From sequence record SRR20825019_2087: DNA of 64,000 nucleotides, one strand, 5' to 3'. Positions 29,435 to 41,036 of this stretch are shown here, one piece after another (within the stretch, counting starts at the first letter, position 1; each line of letters begins with the position of its first letter). The position numbers and the translations under genes were made by a program. Under the pieces are notes generated by a model. The model searched no databases and was not told where the DNA came from. It worked only from the letters and a program-made list of their open reading frames with translations.

Positions 29435-31000
29435 ATGGAAAATAAGCCTGAAAACGTACGTAAACCTATCAGCCGAACAAATAAAATTGCAAATCTTGCA
29501 GCTGAGCTGGGAGGGCGAGTACCACCGCAAGCAGTAGATTTAGAAAAAGCGGTTCTCGGAGCAATGATGCTTGAGAAAAATGCGGTGACTGAAACCATCG
29601 ATATTTTATCTCAGGAAAGTTTCTACGATCCAAAACATCAGTATATTTTCGCAGTGATTAAAGAACTGTTCGGAACGTCAAAACCTATTGATATTCTAAC
29701 AGTTACGGATAAATTAAAGAAAAACGGTGAACTCGAAGCTGCGGGTGGTGCTGTTTATATTTCTCAACTTACGAGTAGAATTGCCTCCACGGCACACGTT
29801 GAATATCACGCCAGAATAATTTCCGAAAAGCACATTAAACGCGAACTTATTCGCATGTGTTCAGAGGTGATGCGCGATGCGTTTGACGATACGAATGATG
29901 TTTTTGATGTCCTAAATAAGGCAGAAGGTGATCTCTTCAAGATTGCTGAAAACAACATGGGGAAAGCGGTTTCTGTTATGCAAAACGTTGTTCGTGAAGC
30001 GATTGAAGAAATTGAAAAAGCTGCGCAAAATGCAGATGGTATTTCAGGAGTTCCAACTGGATTCTTAGCTCTCGATAAACTTACTTCGGGTTGGCAGCGA
30101 TCGGATATGATTGTAATTGCCGCACGTCCTGCAATGGGTAAAACGGCTTTCGTACTTTCAATGGCGCGAAACACAGCTGTCGACCACAATAAAGGAGTGG
30201 CTATATTTTCGCTGGAGATGTCTTCTGTTCAGTTGGTTAAACGTTTGATTGCTTCTGAAACACGATTGAGCGCTGAAAAATTAAGAAAAGGAGATTTGCG
30301 CGATGATGAGTTCCAACAACTTCATACGCGAATTAGCAAATTGGCTACGGCTCCAATCTATATTGATGATACTCCGGGGATCAGTATTTTCGATTTACGT
30401 GCGAAGTGTCGCCGATTGAAAATGCAGTATGACATCCAAATAGTTATTATTGATTACTTGCAACTAATGACCGCTGGTCAAAAAGGTCAGGGTAATCGTG
30501 AGCAGGAGATTTCACAAATTTCGCGTTCGATTAAAGAAATTGCAAAAGAATTAAACGTTCCAATTATCGCACTTTCTCAGTTGAGTCGTTCGGTTGAGCA
30601 ACGTGGAGGGGATAAACGTCCAGTACTTTCAGATCTTCGTGAATCTGGAGCGATTGAGCAAGATGCTGATATCGTTTCATTTATTTATCGTCCAGAATAC
30701 TACGGATTCCTTCAGGATGAAGATGGAAATTCAAACGCAGGAGTGGGTGAAATTATCGTTGCAAAGCATAGAAATGGTGCGCTTGACAGTGTGAAATTAC
30801 GCTTCATTCCACAATATGCTCGTTTCGACAATATTGAAGGATATCAGGAAGAACCAAATGCTCCAGTTCCGTCTAAATTAAACGCTAATGATGGCTTTGA
30901 TAACCAAGGTTCTGGAAGTTACACAATACCAAGTAAGATGAATTCGTTTGATGAGGAGGTTGATTTCAATCAATCCGTGGATGAAGACGATCCATTTTAG
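29435..31000 (+). CDS. dnaB: Replicative DNA helicase
   Basis: AARPAMGKT, FSLEMS, IDYLQL, LSQLSR, DLRESGAIEQDAD, KHRNG; no intein. Confidence 0.98.
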   Translation: MENKPENVRKPISRTNKIANLAAELGGRVPPQAVDLEKAVLGAMMLEKNAVTETIDILSQESFYDPKHQYIFAVIKELFGTSKPIDILTVTDKLKKNGELEAAGGAVYISQLTSRIASTAHVEYHARIISEKHIKRELIRMCSEVMRDAFDDTNDVFDVLNKAEGDLFKIAENNMGKAVSVMQNVVREAIEEIEKAAQNADGISGVPTGFLALDKLTSGWQRSDMIVIAARPAMGKTAFVLSMARNTAVDHNKGVAIFSLEMSSVQLVKRLIASETRLSAEKLRKGDLRDDEFQQLHTRISKLATAPIYIDDTPGISIFDLRAKCRRLKMQYDIQIVIIDYLQLMTAGQKGQGNREQEISQISRSIKEIAKELNVPIIALSQLSRSVEQRGGDKRPVLSDLRESGAIEQDADIVSFIYRPEYYGFLQDEDGNSNAGVGEIIVAKHRNGALDSVKLRFIPQYARFDNIEGYQEEPNAPVPSKLNANDGFDNQGSGSYTIPSKMNSFDEEVDFNQSVDEDDPF

Positions 31001-31025
31001 GTAAGATTTTTGTAGATAAACAGGC

Positions 31026-32300
31026 ATGATAAAACAAGCAACTCTTTTTCTAATGCTCTTTTTTGCGGTTCCTTCGCAGGCATCGCAATTATTGATTCCA
31101 ATGGATGAAACCCAAAGCAATCATTTAAAGGCTTACGGTGCGGCATTTTATTTTCTTGAAAATGACATTGTCATCGATTGGTTGCTAAACTATCGCGGCG
31201 GATCGTTCTTGATTCCTCATTTATCTGCAGCGGAAGAAGAATTATTGATTCGTGGCGTGAGTTACGAAATTATAGCCGATGGGCAAGCGAACAATATTAA
31301 GCTGAAAATTGGCAATCCTGAAGAAAACATGGAAGTTGTTCAGCTGGAAAAAGCTCCAAAAATTGCTGTTTATACGCCATCGGGGATGATGCCTTGGGAC
31401 GATGCCGTAACACTCGTTTTAGAGTACGCTGAAATTCCTTATGATAAAATCTATGACTCTGCTGTTGTAATGGGCTTGTTGCCAGAATACGACTGGTTGC
31501 ACCTTCATCACGAGGATTTCACTGGTCAGTACGGAAAATTTTATGGCAGGTATCGTTCCGCATCGTGGTACCGTGAACAGGTTGCCGATTTAGAAGCTTC
31601 AGCCAAAGGACTCGGGTTTGATAAGGTTTCGGAAATGAAACTTGCCGTTGCTACGAATATTAAAAATTTCGTGACTGCTGGTGGCTTTCTTTTTACAATG
31701 TGTAGTGGAACGGATAGTTTCGACATTGCATTGGCAGCGCATAAAACTGACATTTGTGAAGTGATGTTTGACGGTGATCCTGCGAGTCATAATTGTCAAA
31801 GTGCCTTAGATTTCAGTAATACACTTGCCTTCGAAGATTTTACATTGGTTCGTGATCCATTGGAATATGAATACTCTAATATCGATGGTACAGAATTGAG
31901 AAACCCAAGTTTATCGGAAGCGCAAGGGGCGAAATTAGATAAGTTTACGCTGTTCGACTTCTCTGCAAAATGGGATGTTGTTCCTACAATGTTAACGCAA
32001 TGTCACACAGATGAGATTGACGGATTCATGGGGCAAACAACTGATTTTAAAACAGAGTTTATCAAACCAAATGTACTGGTGATGGGAGAAAGTAAACAAT
32101 ATGGAACTGCTCGTTACATTCACAGTGAACTTGGTCAGGGAACATGGACGTTTTATGGTGGACATGATCCTGAAGATTATCGTCACATTGTAGGTGATCC
32201 ACCAACGGATTTGAATTTGCATCCGAATTCACCTGGTTACCGTTTGATTTTAAATAATATCCTGTTTCCTGCTGCGAAGAAAAAGAAACGGAAGACGTAG
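31026..32300 (+). CDS. Conserved exported Bacteroidota protein with a class I glutamine amidotransferase-like fold (often auto-annotated 'asparagine synthetase B')
   Basis: Signal peptide, NHLKAYG, WLLNYRGGSF, DWLHLHHEDFTGQYGKF, GGFLFTMCSGTD, GHDPEDY, KKKKRKT end. Confidence 0.75.
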   Translation: MIKQATLFLMLFFAVPSQASQLLIPMDETQSNHLKAYGAAFYFLENDIVIDWLLNYRGGSFLIPHLSAAEEELLIRGVSYEIIADGQANNIKLKIGNPEENMEVVQLEKAPKIAVYTPSGMMPWDDAVTLVLEYAEIPYDKIYDSAVVMGLLPEYDWLHLHHEDFTGQYGKFYGRYRSASWYREQVADLEASAKGLGFDKVSEMKLAVATNIKNFVTAGGFLFTMCSGTDSFDIALAAHKTDICEVMFDGDPASHNCQSALDFSNTLAFEDFTLVRDPLEYEYSNIDGTELRNPSLSEAQGAKLDKFTLFDFSAKWDVVPTMLTQCHTDEIDGFMGQTTDFKTEFIKPNVLVMGESKQYGTARYIHSELGQGTWTFYGGHDPEDYRHIVGDPPTDLNLHPNSPGYRLILNNILFPAAKKKKRKT

Positions 32301-32309
32301 GTTTTACTT

Positions 32310-32882
32310 TTAATCCTTCATCAACTCAAAATACATCGTTTCGATTTGCTCGGTTTCGCCGATGTCAGAAATAAAATGTATTTCATTCCCGTATACTTCT
32401 TGATACAATCTGAAAAGGTAAAACCAAATGGTCGATGCCTTGAGATCTTCATGTAAATACGCTTCATAAAAGACGGGAAGAAACTTCATCTTCTGTTCAA
32501 TGTCGTTAGGAGTTCCAGACAGATGATGAAAAACCAATTGTGGAGTCATACAGGCAATCTCCCCTAGTTCTCTCGTTGGGTGCGGATGAATTTCCAAGTA
32601 TTTAATGACTTTTCTAAATAGAAATCGATCCGTTCCTATCCATTTCACAAAAATACTATCGTATTCGGTGCTTTCTCTCCCATAATCTTGTTCAACCCGC
32701 GCTACATCATTTCTAACTCCTTGATCGATCTGAAATACATTTTCAAGGAATGTACGGTGTTCTTCAGCTTCTCTCAATGAAAAAAGGTCTGTTTGCTTTA
32801 CAATTTCGACCAGAGAGTCTGTGTTTTGGCAATAACCACTCATCGAAGTGAGGGCAACCAATACCATTAACAAAAGCTTCAT
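32310..32882 (-). CDS. Exported hypothetical protein (DUF6624-like)
   Basis: Signal peptide, DQ.VR, .HP....G....P.LVFHH. Confidence 0.55.
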   Translation of the reverse strand: MKLLLMVLVALTSMSGYCQNTDSLVEIVKQTDLFSLREAEEHRTFLENVFQIDQGVRNDVARVEQDYGRESTEYDSIFVKWIGTDRFLFRKVIKYLEIHPHPTRELGEIACMTPQLVFHHLSGTPNDIEQKMKFLPVFYEAYLHEDLKASTIWFYLFRLYQEVYGNEIHFISDIGETEQIETMYFELMKD

Positions 32883-32924
32883 ATCTTAGGTTTAGTCATG
32901 TTAAGATACATTTATTCCAAACAT

Positions 32925-32952
32925 AAAAAGCCTCCCATTTCTGAGAGGCTTT
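32925..32952 (-). terminator. Intrinsic terminator
   Basis: AAAGCCTC...GAGGCTTT hairpin with a T run on the minus strand. Confidence 0.75.
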
Positions 32953-32985
32953 CAAAACAAAAATAATTATTGTTAGTCTAAGCGC

Positions 32986-35166
32986 TTATTGAACGACAAT
33001 AGTTGCTTGACTTGTTTTGTCATTTACTGTTACAGTAACGAAGTAAATTCCTTTTTCAAGATTCGTTGTTTCTACTTGTGCGTTTTGGATAGTTCCATTA
33101 AACGTTTCAGTATGACAAACTCGACCTTTTGTGTCAATTACTTGAACTGAAGCACCATCTACAGACTGTCCAAATTGGATACTGAATGTTCCATTATTTG
33201 GATTTGGATAGATTGAATAAGCTTCTTCTCCTAATTCGTTTAGGCCTGCACAATTTTCAACCGTTACAGTAATTGTATCAACTAACACACAGTTAGAAGC
33301 GTCAACCACTTGTCCGATCACCGTTTGCGTTGAAGCAACAGGGTAAACATTCCAGTTATTGTTAACACCATTCCAAGTGTACGAGTTGTATCCCAAACCT
33401 GGCTCAATTACGTAAGGAGCATCGGCTTGACAGATTACAGTATCTGCACCAAAATCAACTGTGTTGAATGTAAACTCAATTTCAGATGGACATCCAATAC
33501 GTTGTCCATTTGGATTTAAAATAATTGTTGCATCAGCATCAATAAACCCAGCAGTTTCATAAGTACCTCCGAAGTGTCCAGAACCTTCATAATGGAAATA
33601 CAAACGATTATTATCTGGATGGAATGTAAACGAAGCCAGATCTGAATATCCCGGGAGTTGAGATACTGGAGTAACAATATTCGTTGTAAGGTTATGTCCA
33701 ACGATTTGTCCATTTACCCATTCTCTATAATAAGCGATGTAATCCGCTCCATCAAATCCAAGATTTCCCCAATCTAACCAGTTTTCGCTTCCGTATAAAT
33801 TCATCGTAAACTGACCGATTGAATCAACGACACCTGAAGTAACATCAACTATGTAGAAAGTAGTTCCATTGTACAAACCAACTTTTCCGTAACCTGCAAA
33901 TAAACCTTCATTTCCATTATTTCCTAACGTTAATGATTGGCTAAGTGGAGTATTTACTCCTGTTAAACCTAGATCTCCATTCAATTCAGCAAACGAGTTC
34001 ACTGTAAACGCTCCAGACCATGCAGAAGGAAGTGTCATTGTAGTTGAATTGTAAAGCGTCCAAATTTTTCGCGCTGACAAATCAGAAAACAATCCGTCCA
34101 TTATTGGTAACGCAACTCCTGGAGATGTTAAATCTAAATTGTAACGTCCAGTAGCGTTGTCTCCAACGATGTAAACTGTAGAATCCGTGATCGCAATTCC
34201 TCCTCTATCATCACCTGTAATTGCATCATGATCCATAATGAATACGTTATTATTCGTAATCGTATCTATAATGAATGTTCCTGTACGCGCAAATAATGAA
34301 GAATAAATTACTTCAGGGCTTTGTGTAATAGGTCCATAAACATATCCAACAGCAGTATCAATTGGCATGGTGAAGTCAACATCATATCCATAGGCATACT
34401 CGATCGTTGATCCTCCCAATACTGGTGAATTTCCTCCTTCACACACTAAATAAGATTGTGGTGCTGGTGAATTTCCAATAGTAATAGATGTAGATGAACT
34501 TGTAGTACATCCAATTGCATCCGTTCCGGTATACATAAATGTGTATTCACCTGGTGGAAATCCAGCTGGATTGAACGTTGAACCAGTTACGCCAGGTCCC
34601 GTTATTGTTCCGCCAGCTGGCAAAACAGTAAATGTTGCCGTGTTATGACTACACACATAATTTGTATCAGGTATGATTGATGCAAATTGAACTGGTGTTC
34701 CTGCAGCACAATAATCGTATTCTAAACGAACGCGAGCACGCAATGTAATACAGAAAAAGTCAACTTGATTTGTTGGCACGAGAGCAACAGACCAGCTACC
34801 CGCAGATTGCCATGTGTCTAGGCTAGCACCTGGGAAAGAAACCAATGAAGAATCTTCAGGAGCACAATCACCTTGTGTTGTGTTTGTTGAGGCTCCGATT
34901 AGCGTAGTCACAGTTTGATCATACACATTTAGGAATTCTCCATTGTCTCCAAAATCTCCTTCGAAATAGACCATTAAACGAGCATTCCCAAAGGCTCCGA
35001 GTGGCATTCCTGAAAAAGTAAAATTGAGCGTATCACCGTACTGAACGATCGTATCGTAAGCAGTACCATTCGCATCGGCAACAGCCCAACCAGAATAGGT
35101 TTGAGCAGAACTTCCAAAACCTAAAAGACAGGTGAAAGTAATCATCAGTGAATAAATTTGTTTCAT
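32986..35166 (-). CDS. T9SS type A sorting domain-containing secreted protein
   Basis: Signal peptide, Ig-like Thr/Gly-rich modules with Cys pairs, C-terminal IYPNPNNG.F...GIYFV. Confidence 0.88.
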   Translation of the reverse strand: MKQIYSLMITFTCLLGFGSSAQTYSGWAVADANGTAYDTIVQYGDTLNFTFSGMPLGAFGNARLMVYFEGDFGDNGEFLNVYDQTVTTLIGASTNTTQGDCAPEDSSLVSFPGASLDTWQSAGSWSVALVPTNQVDFFCITLRARVRLEYDYCAAGTPVQFASIIPDTNYVCSHNTATFTVLPAGGTITGPGVTGSTFNPAGFPPGEYTFMYTGTDAIGCTTSSSTSITIGNSPAPQSYLVCEGGNSPVLGGSTIEYAYGYDVDFTMPIDTAVGYVYGPITQSPEVIYSSLFARTGTFIIDTITNNNVFIMDHDAITGDDRGGIAITDSTVYIVGDNATGRYNLDLTSPGVALPIMDGLFSDLSARKIWTLYNSTTMTLPSAWSGAFTVNSFAELNGDLGLTGVNTPLSQSLTLGNNGNEGLFAGYGKVGLYNGTTFYIVDVTSGVVDSIGQFTMNLYGSENWLDWGNLGFDGADYIAYYREWVNGQIVGHNLTTNIVTPVSQLPGYSDLASFTFHPDNNRLYFHYEGSGHFGGTYETAGFIDADATIILNPNGQRIGCPSEIEFTFNTVDFGADTVICQADAPYVIEPGLGYNSYTWNGVNNNWNVYPVASTQTVIGQVVDASNCVLVDTITVTVENCAGLNELGEEAYSIYPNPNNGTFSIQFGQSVDGASVQVIDTKGRVCHTETFNGTIQNAQVETTNLEKGIYFVTVTVNDKTSQATIVVQ

Positions 35167-35313
35167 AAAATTATGTTAGTGTTTATTTAACAAATTTATA
35201 TCATTTCCTGTTAATATTCTACACTTTTTTTTCGCTTTTTTTAGTTCAGGTAAAAATACCTAGTTACAACCGTAAACCGTTTTAGGAGAACCATCTACAA
35301 GGATCTAAAAAGC

Positions 35314-35342
35314 AAAAAACCGACCCTTTATGGAGGTCGGTT
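35314..35342 (-). terminator. gyrB terminator
   Basis: AACCGACC...GGTCGGTT hairpin and T run on the minus strand. Confidence 0.75.
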
Positions 35343-35365
35343 CAAATTTGAATTATTTCTTACGT

Positions 35366-37333
<1,968 letters not shown>

Positions 37334-37500
37334 TTAAGGAGCTCGCCCTCAAATTTCAATAACACACAAAAATAACTATCTAGCCCATCTTTTGACGGTA
37401 AATAGTAGTCTGAATGGCTTAACTTATCAACACTTTCATGGGAAAATTGTTAATAGTGCCGCTGTCGGGCGCATGCAAACAATAAAAAGCGGATTTAATT

Positions 37501-37525
37501 GGAACATTATTTGATCTCAAGCGTT
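37501..37525 (+). promoter_or_regulatory. Putative ECF (sigmaE-like) promoter for the OmpA-domain gene
   Basis: GGAAC-N16-CGTT just upstream of the ORF. Confidence 0.45.
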
Positions 37526-37532
37526 ATATATA

Positions 37533-38432
37533 GTGCACATAATGAATAACGTATCGGTTAAAATGCATCTTAAATCAGTTCTTCTTACTTTATCTATCTT
37601 ATTTTCTCTAGTCTCTTGGAGTGCTTCACCAACCATTCAAGGCACTTGGCAAGGAGTTATGTATCGGAAAGGAACGGATATGAAACAGGGAACTGTATTC
37701 TATATTGATCTGCATGTTGACGGTTCAAAAATTTCGGGAATGACGCGAGAAGAAACGTATGACTCTCCTAGTTTCAGTATTAAGAAAATTGAAGGCACAT
37801 CGGCTGATGGACACATTATTGTAAAGCAACAAGTGGAAATTAAGAGTGATAAAAACTCACGAGGTAAATGGTGTAAAATGGACATGGACCTTGTTTACAA
37901 TGCCGAAACGGGTTACTTAAGTGGCGACTTTGTGAGTTCTGACTGTAAACGAGTGCTTGGTTCTATTATTCTTTATCAAGCCGATTTCAAATTAGAGAAC
38001 GAGGAAATCCACAATGTAAGTCAGGTATGGTTTGCGCCATTTATTAAGGATTTCAATGAAGGGCTAAATGCTCCACTTATTCGAAAAAAGGAACGCGACA
38101 ATTTTGTTTTCGAACCCATCTTTTTCGACTTTGACAAAGCTACAATTCGACCAGAGCACTTTGATTTCCTGAACAGAATGATTAAAGTCGTAAAAGGACA
38201 CTCCGATTTGCGTGTAAATGTAACTGGACACACAGACGCCGACGGGACTTTTGACTATAATGATGGACTTTCAAAGCGCAGAGCCGATGCAATTATCGCT
38301 TACTTCGTTTCTCTTGGAATCTCTGCAGATCGCATTGTAATTGATTTTAAAGGTGAGCGATCGCCCATCGACACAAATACTACCAAAGAAGGAAAACAAC
38401 GCAACAGACGCGTTGATTTTAAGTTTATCTAA
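37533..38432 (+). CDS. OmpA C-terminal domain protein
   Basis: Signal peptide; IFFDFDK, GHTD.DG...YN..LS.RRA, GE..P, NRRVDF; true start may be 37542 or 37563. Confidence 0.88.
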   Translation: MHIMNNVSVKMHLKSVLLTLSILFSLVSWSASPTIQGTWQGVMYRKGTDMKQGTVFYIDLHVDGSKISGMTREETYDSPSFSIKKIEGTSADGHIIVKQQVEIKSDKNSRGKWCKMDMDLVYNAETGYLSGDFVSSDCKRVLGSIILYQADFKLENEEIHNVSQVWFAPFIKDFNEGLNAPLIRKKERDNFVFEPIFFDFDKATIRPEHFDFLNRMIKVVKGHSDLRVNVTGHTDADGTFDYNDGLSKRRADAIIAYFVSLGISADRIVIDFKGERSPIDTNTTKEGKQRNRRVDFKFI

Positions 38433-40972
38433 TGTTGGATTTGAAGTTTCCCAACTTTGTCATCTAAGCGGATATGATACATTCCCGACGGAAGTGATTC
38501 TATCGAAATCTGAATTCCCTTCACGAGATTTTCTTTCTGTAACACAACACTTCCCGTTAGCGTGCTAATCATCAAACTCTTTACATTTTCTGTTAGCGTG
38601 ATTTGATCATTTGCTGGATTCGGATAAATGAGGGTATTCAATTCTTTTTCCTTCACTCCAAGCGTCCAAGAGATATCATAAGACCACATAGATCTTCCGA
38701 AGGTCCCTGCGATCAATCGTTGATCATTCATATTAATATCTAGAGCTTCCACATTCACAGTTGGCAATCCAGTTCCTAGAAGTTCCCAACTCACTCCGTC
38801 ATTATCGGACATAAAGACTCCTGCATCTGTTGCAACGAATAAAAATTCGTTATTATCTCTATCGTACGTAACCAAATCATTAATTCCCACTGAAGGAAGA
38901 TTCGACGAAATAGCGGACCACGTAAAGCCACCATCCTCTGTTTTAAAGATATAAGGAGTGAATAGCGTTGGATAATAACCTGTTAATGTAACATAGAACT
39001 TATTCGCTGTTCTTTTCGAGAAATTGACGGATGTCACATAGTTTGATGGTAAACCTGCTGAAATGTTCGTCCAATTATTTATGGCCAGTTGACGATTTCC
39101 TTTCCAAACCAATCCGTCGCTTGTTCCTACTAAAATCTCGTTCTCGTTTGAAGGATTCTTTCCAAGCTCGGTGATGGTGTGATAACGATTTTCTGTAACT
39201 CCACTGCCAGGCACTCCTGAAAGCGTCAGGTCTGTTGATAGAGGCACCCAATTGTCATACGGCGGTGAATTCATATAAAGTAATCGGTTCGAACCCGCGA
39301 GAACAGAATGATCGTCAAAAACTTCATACGGTGTATCCCAATTCGTGTTTTCATTTGGGTTTATCGAAGAAACTCCCATTTGCTCTACTCCAACGCTCAC
39401 GGAAGAATAGTAAATATTTCCGCGTTGTGTTTCGAAGTAGGTTACTTCATCAACTGGGTCGACATAATAAGATTGGAATCCGTCTCCTCCAAAATCTCTT
39501 TCCCAAGAGGAAATGTAGTTCCCAGACGTCGTTCCATTATCTTGCGCTCCGCCAGCATACGTGCCATTTGTAAACGTATTCGCATTCACACGGTAAAACT
39601 GTGTGATCGGTAACTCACCTAATACCGACCAATTTTGACCGAGATTATCTGATTTGTACATTCCTCCATCTGTCCCAATAATCATAGTATTCGCGTCTTG
39701 AAAAATTAACTCGTGTTTATCCGCATGCACTTCATACGTCCACCAATCAGGGACATTCATCGCCCAAGAATTACCGCCGTCAAGACTTTGAAATTGATCC
39801 ACGCCAGGAATTACAATATGATCTTCATTAAAAGGATTTACATGAATTCTTCCAAAATACCATCCAAAACCTCCAAGTACGCTGTTCGTTAATCCGTTCG
39901 TTCCAGAATTCGCATTTAAACCTGTCCATGATGCACCCGCATTATTCGAAACATAAATCTCCGCGATCTGATAATCTGTACCGACATAAAGCGCATAGAG
40001 TTTGTTTGGATTACTCTCTGCCACTGCAATTCCAACACGTGAATGCTCCATTAAAGGAAGTCCATTCGTTAATTGCACCCAAGTAGAGCCAGCATCTGTC
40101 GACTTAAATATTTTGGAATCTAACCCCCGAGAGATCGACCGATCAGAAAGGTTGAGTCGATTAAATGTGCATGCATAGAGAACATTATTGTCCGTTGGAT
40201 CGGCAACGAGGTCGCACACTCCAGAAGAATCTGAAACAAACAATGTGTTATTCCATGTTGCTCCGCCATCGATGGATTTATAAACTCCTCTATCGGTTGT
40301 TTTCGCAAAACCGCTCCCTAACGCACCCACAATAATTGTGGACGGAGTTTGATCGTGAACGATGATTGACGTTACAATTCCAACAGAAGACAATCCAATT
40401 GAAGTCCATGTATTTCCCAAATCCGTGGATCGATAAACACCATTTCCGTTGTATGATCCTCCGCCAAAATTTCGATCTCCAGTTCCTACATAAATTGTTT
40501 GCTCATCCGCTGGATCAACGGCTATGGCTCCAATGGAGAAGTATGAATAATCGTCAAAAACGGGCGTCCAATTTAATCCACCGTCGAATGAGCGAAATAC
40601 ACCACCATTCGCAGCTCCGCAAAACAGCGTATCGCTTCCTCGGTGCAATGGACGAATTACATTCACACGACCTCCAATTTCTGTTGGACCTTCTAGTCTC
40701 CAAGCTTGATTCACATTTGGACCGCCAGACTTTTCTTTTTTGAGTTTGTTCACCTCTTCAATTCCCTGAAAATAGGCTTGTTGATCAAAACCCAACTCTG
40801 AATGAGATCGTTTCAGCATCCAATGATCCGTAGGTATTTTCGCTTCTTCTGTTTTTGGCAAAACTTTTGGCGAACATCCAGTCATAGTGATCGCATAGAA
40901 AAAGAGAACAAGGCTTGTTTTCGGGACTAACATGGAGTTCATAAGCGCGTTCAGTTTGAGGAATATTGTCAC
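38429..40972 (-). CDS. BNR/Asp-box (VPS10/GH74-like) beta-propeller protein with T9SS sorting domain
   Basis: Many S.D.G.TW repeats, GGAQDNG, GGDG; C-terminal IYPNPA...SGMY; exact start uncertain (40943/40934 possible). Confidence 0.85.
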   Translation of the reverse strand: MTIFLKLNALMNSMLVPKTSLVLFFYAITMTGCSPKVLPKTEEAKIPTDHWMLKRSHSELGFDQQAYFQGIEEVNKLKKEKSGGPNVNQAWRLEGPTEIGGRVNVIRPLHRGSDTLFCGAANGGVFRSFDGGLNWTPVFDDYSYFSIGAIAVDPADEQTIYVGTGDRNFGGGSYNGNGVYRSTDLGNTWTSIGLSSVGIVTSIIVHDQTPSTIIVGALGSGFAKTTDRGVYKSIDGGATWNNTLFVSDSSGVCDLVADPTDNNVLYACTFNRLNLSDRSISRGLDSKIFKSTDAGSTWVQLTNGLPLMEHSRVGIAVAESNPNKLYALYVGTDYQIAEIYVSNNAGASWTGLNANSGTNGLTNSVLGGFGWYFGRIHVNPFNEDHIVIPGVDQFQSLDGGNSWAMNVPDWWTYEVHADKHELIFQDANTMIIGTDGGMYKSDNLGQNWSVLGELPITQFYRVNANTFTNGTYAGGAQDNGTTSGNYISSWERDFGGDGFQSYYVDPVDEVTYFETQRGNIYYSSVSVGVEQMGVSSINPNENTNWDTPYEVFDDHSVLAGSNRLLYMNSPPYDNWVPLSTDLTLSGVPGSGVTENRYHTITELGKNPSNENEILVGTSDGLVWKGNRQLAINNWTNISAGLPSNYVTSVNFSKRTANKFYVTLTGYYPTLFTPYIFKTEDGGFTWSAISSNLPSVGINDLVTYDRDNNEFLFVATDAGVFMSDNDGVSWELLGTGLPTVNVEALDINMNDQRLIAGTFGRSMWSYDISWTLGVKEKELNTLIYPNPANDQITLTENVKSLMISTLTGSVVLQKENLVKGIQISIESLPSGMYHIRLDDKVGKLQIQH

Positions 40973-41036
40973 AAGTTACCAAAAACGCTTCGACATTGAT
41001 TATTCCTAGAACCAAATTTCACCGATTATATACCTA

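Noticed and set aside
29435-31000. Possible intein in DnaB (or GyrB)
   Set aside because: Lengths are normal and the motifs are contiguous, with no insertion
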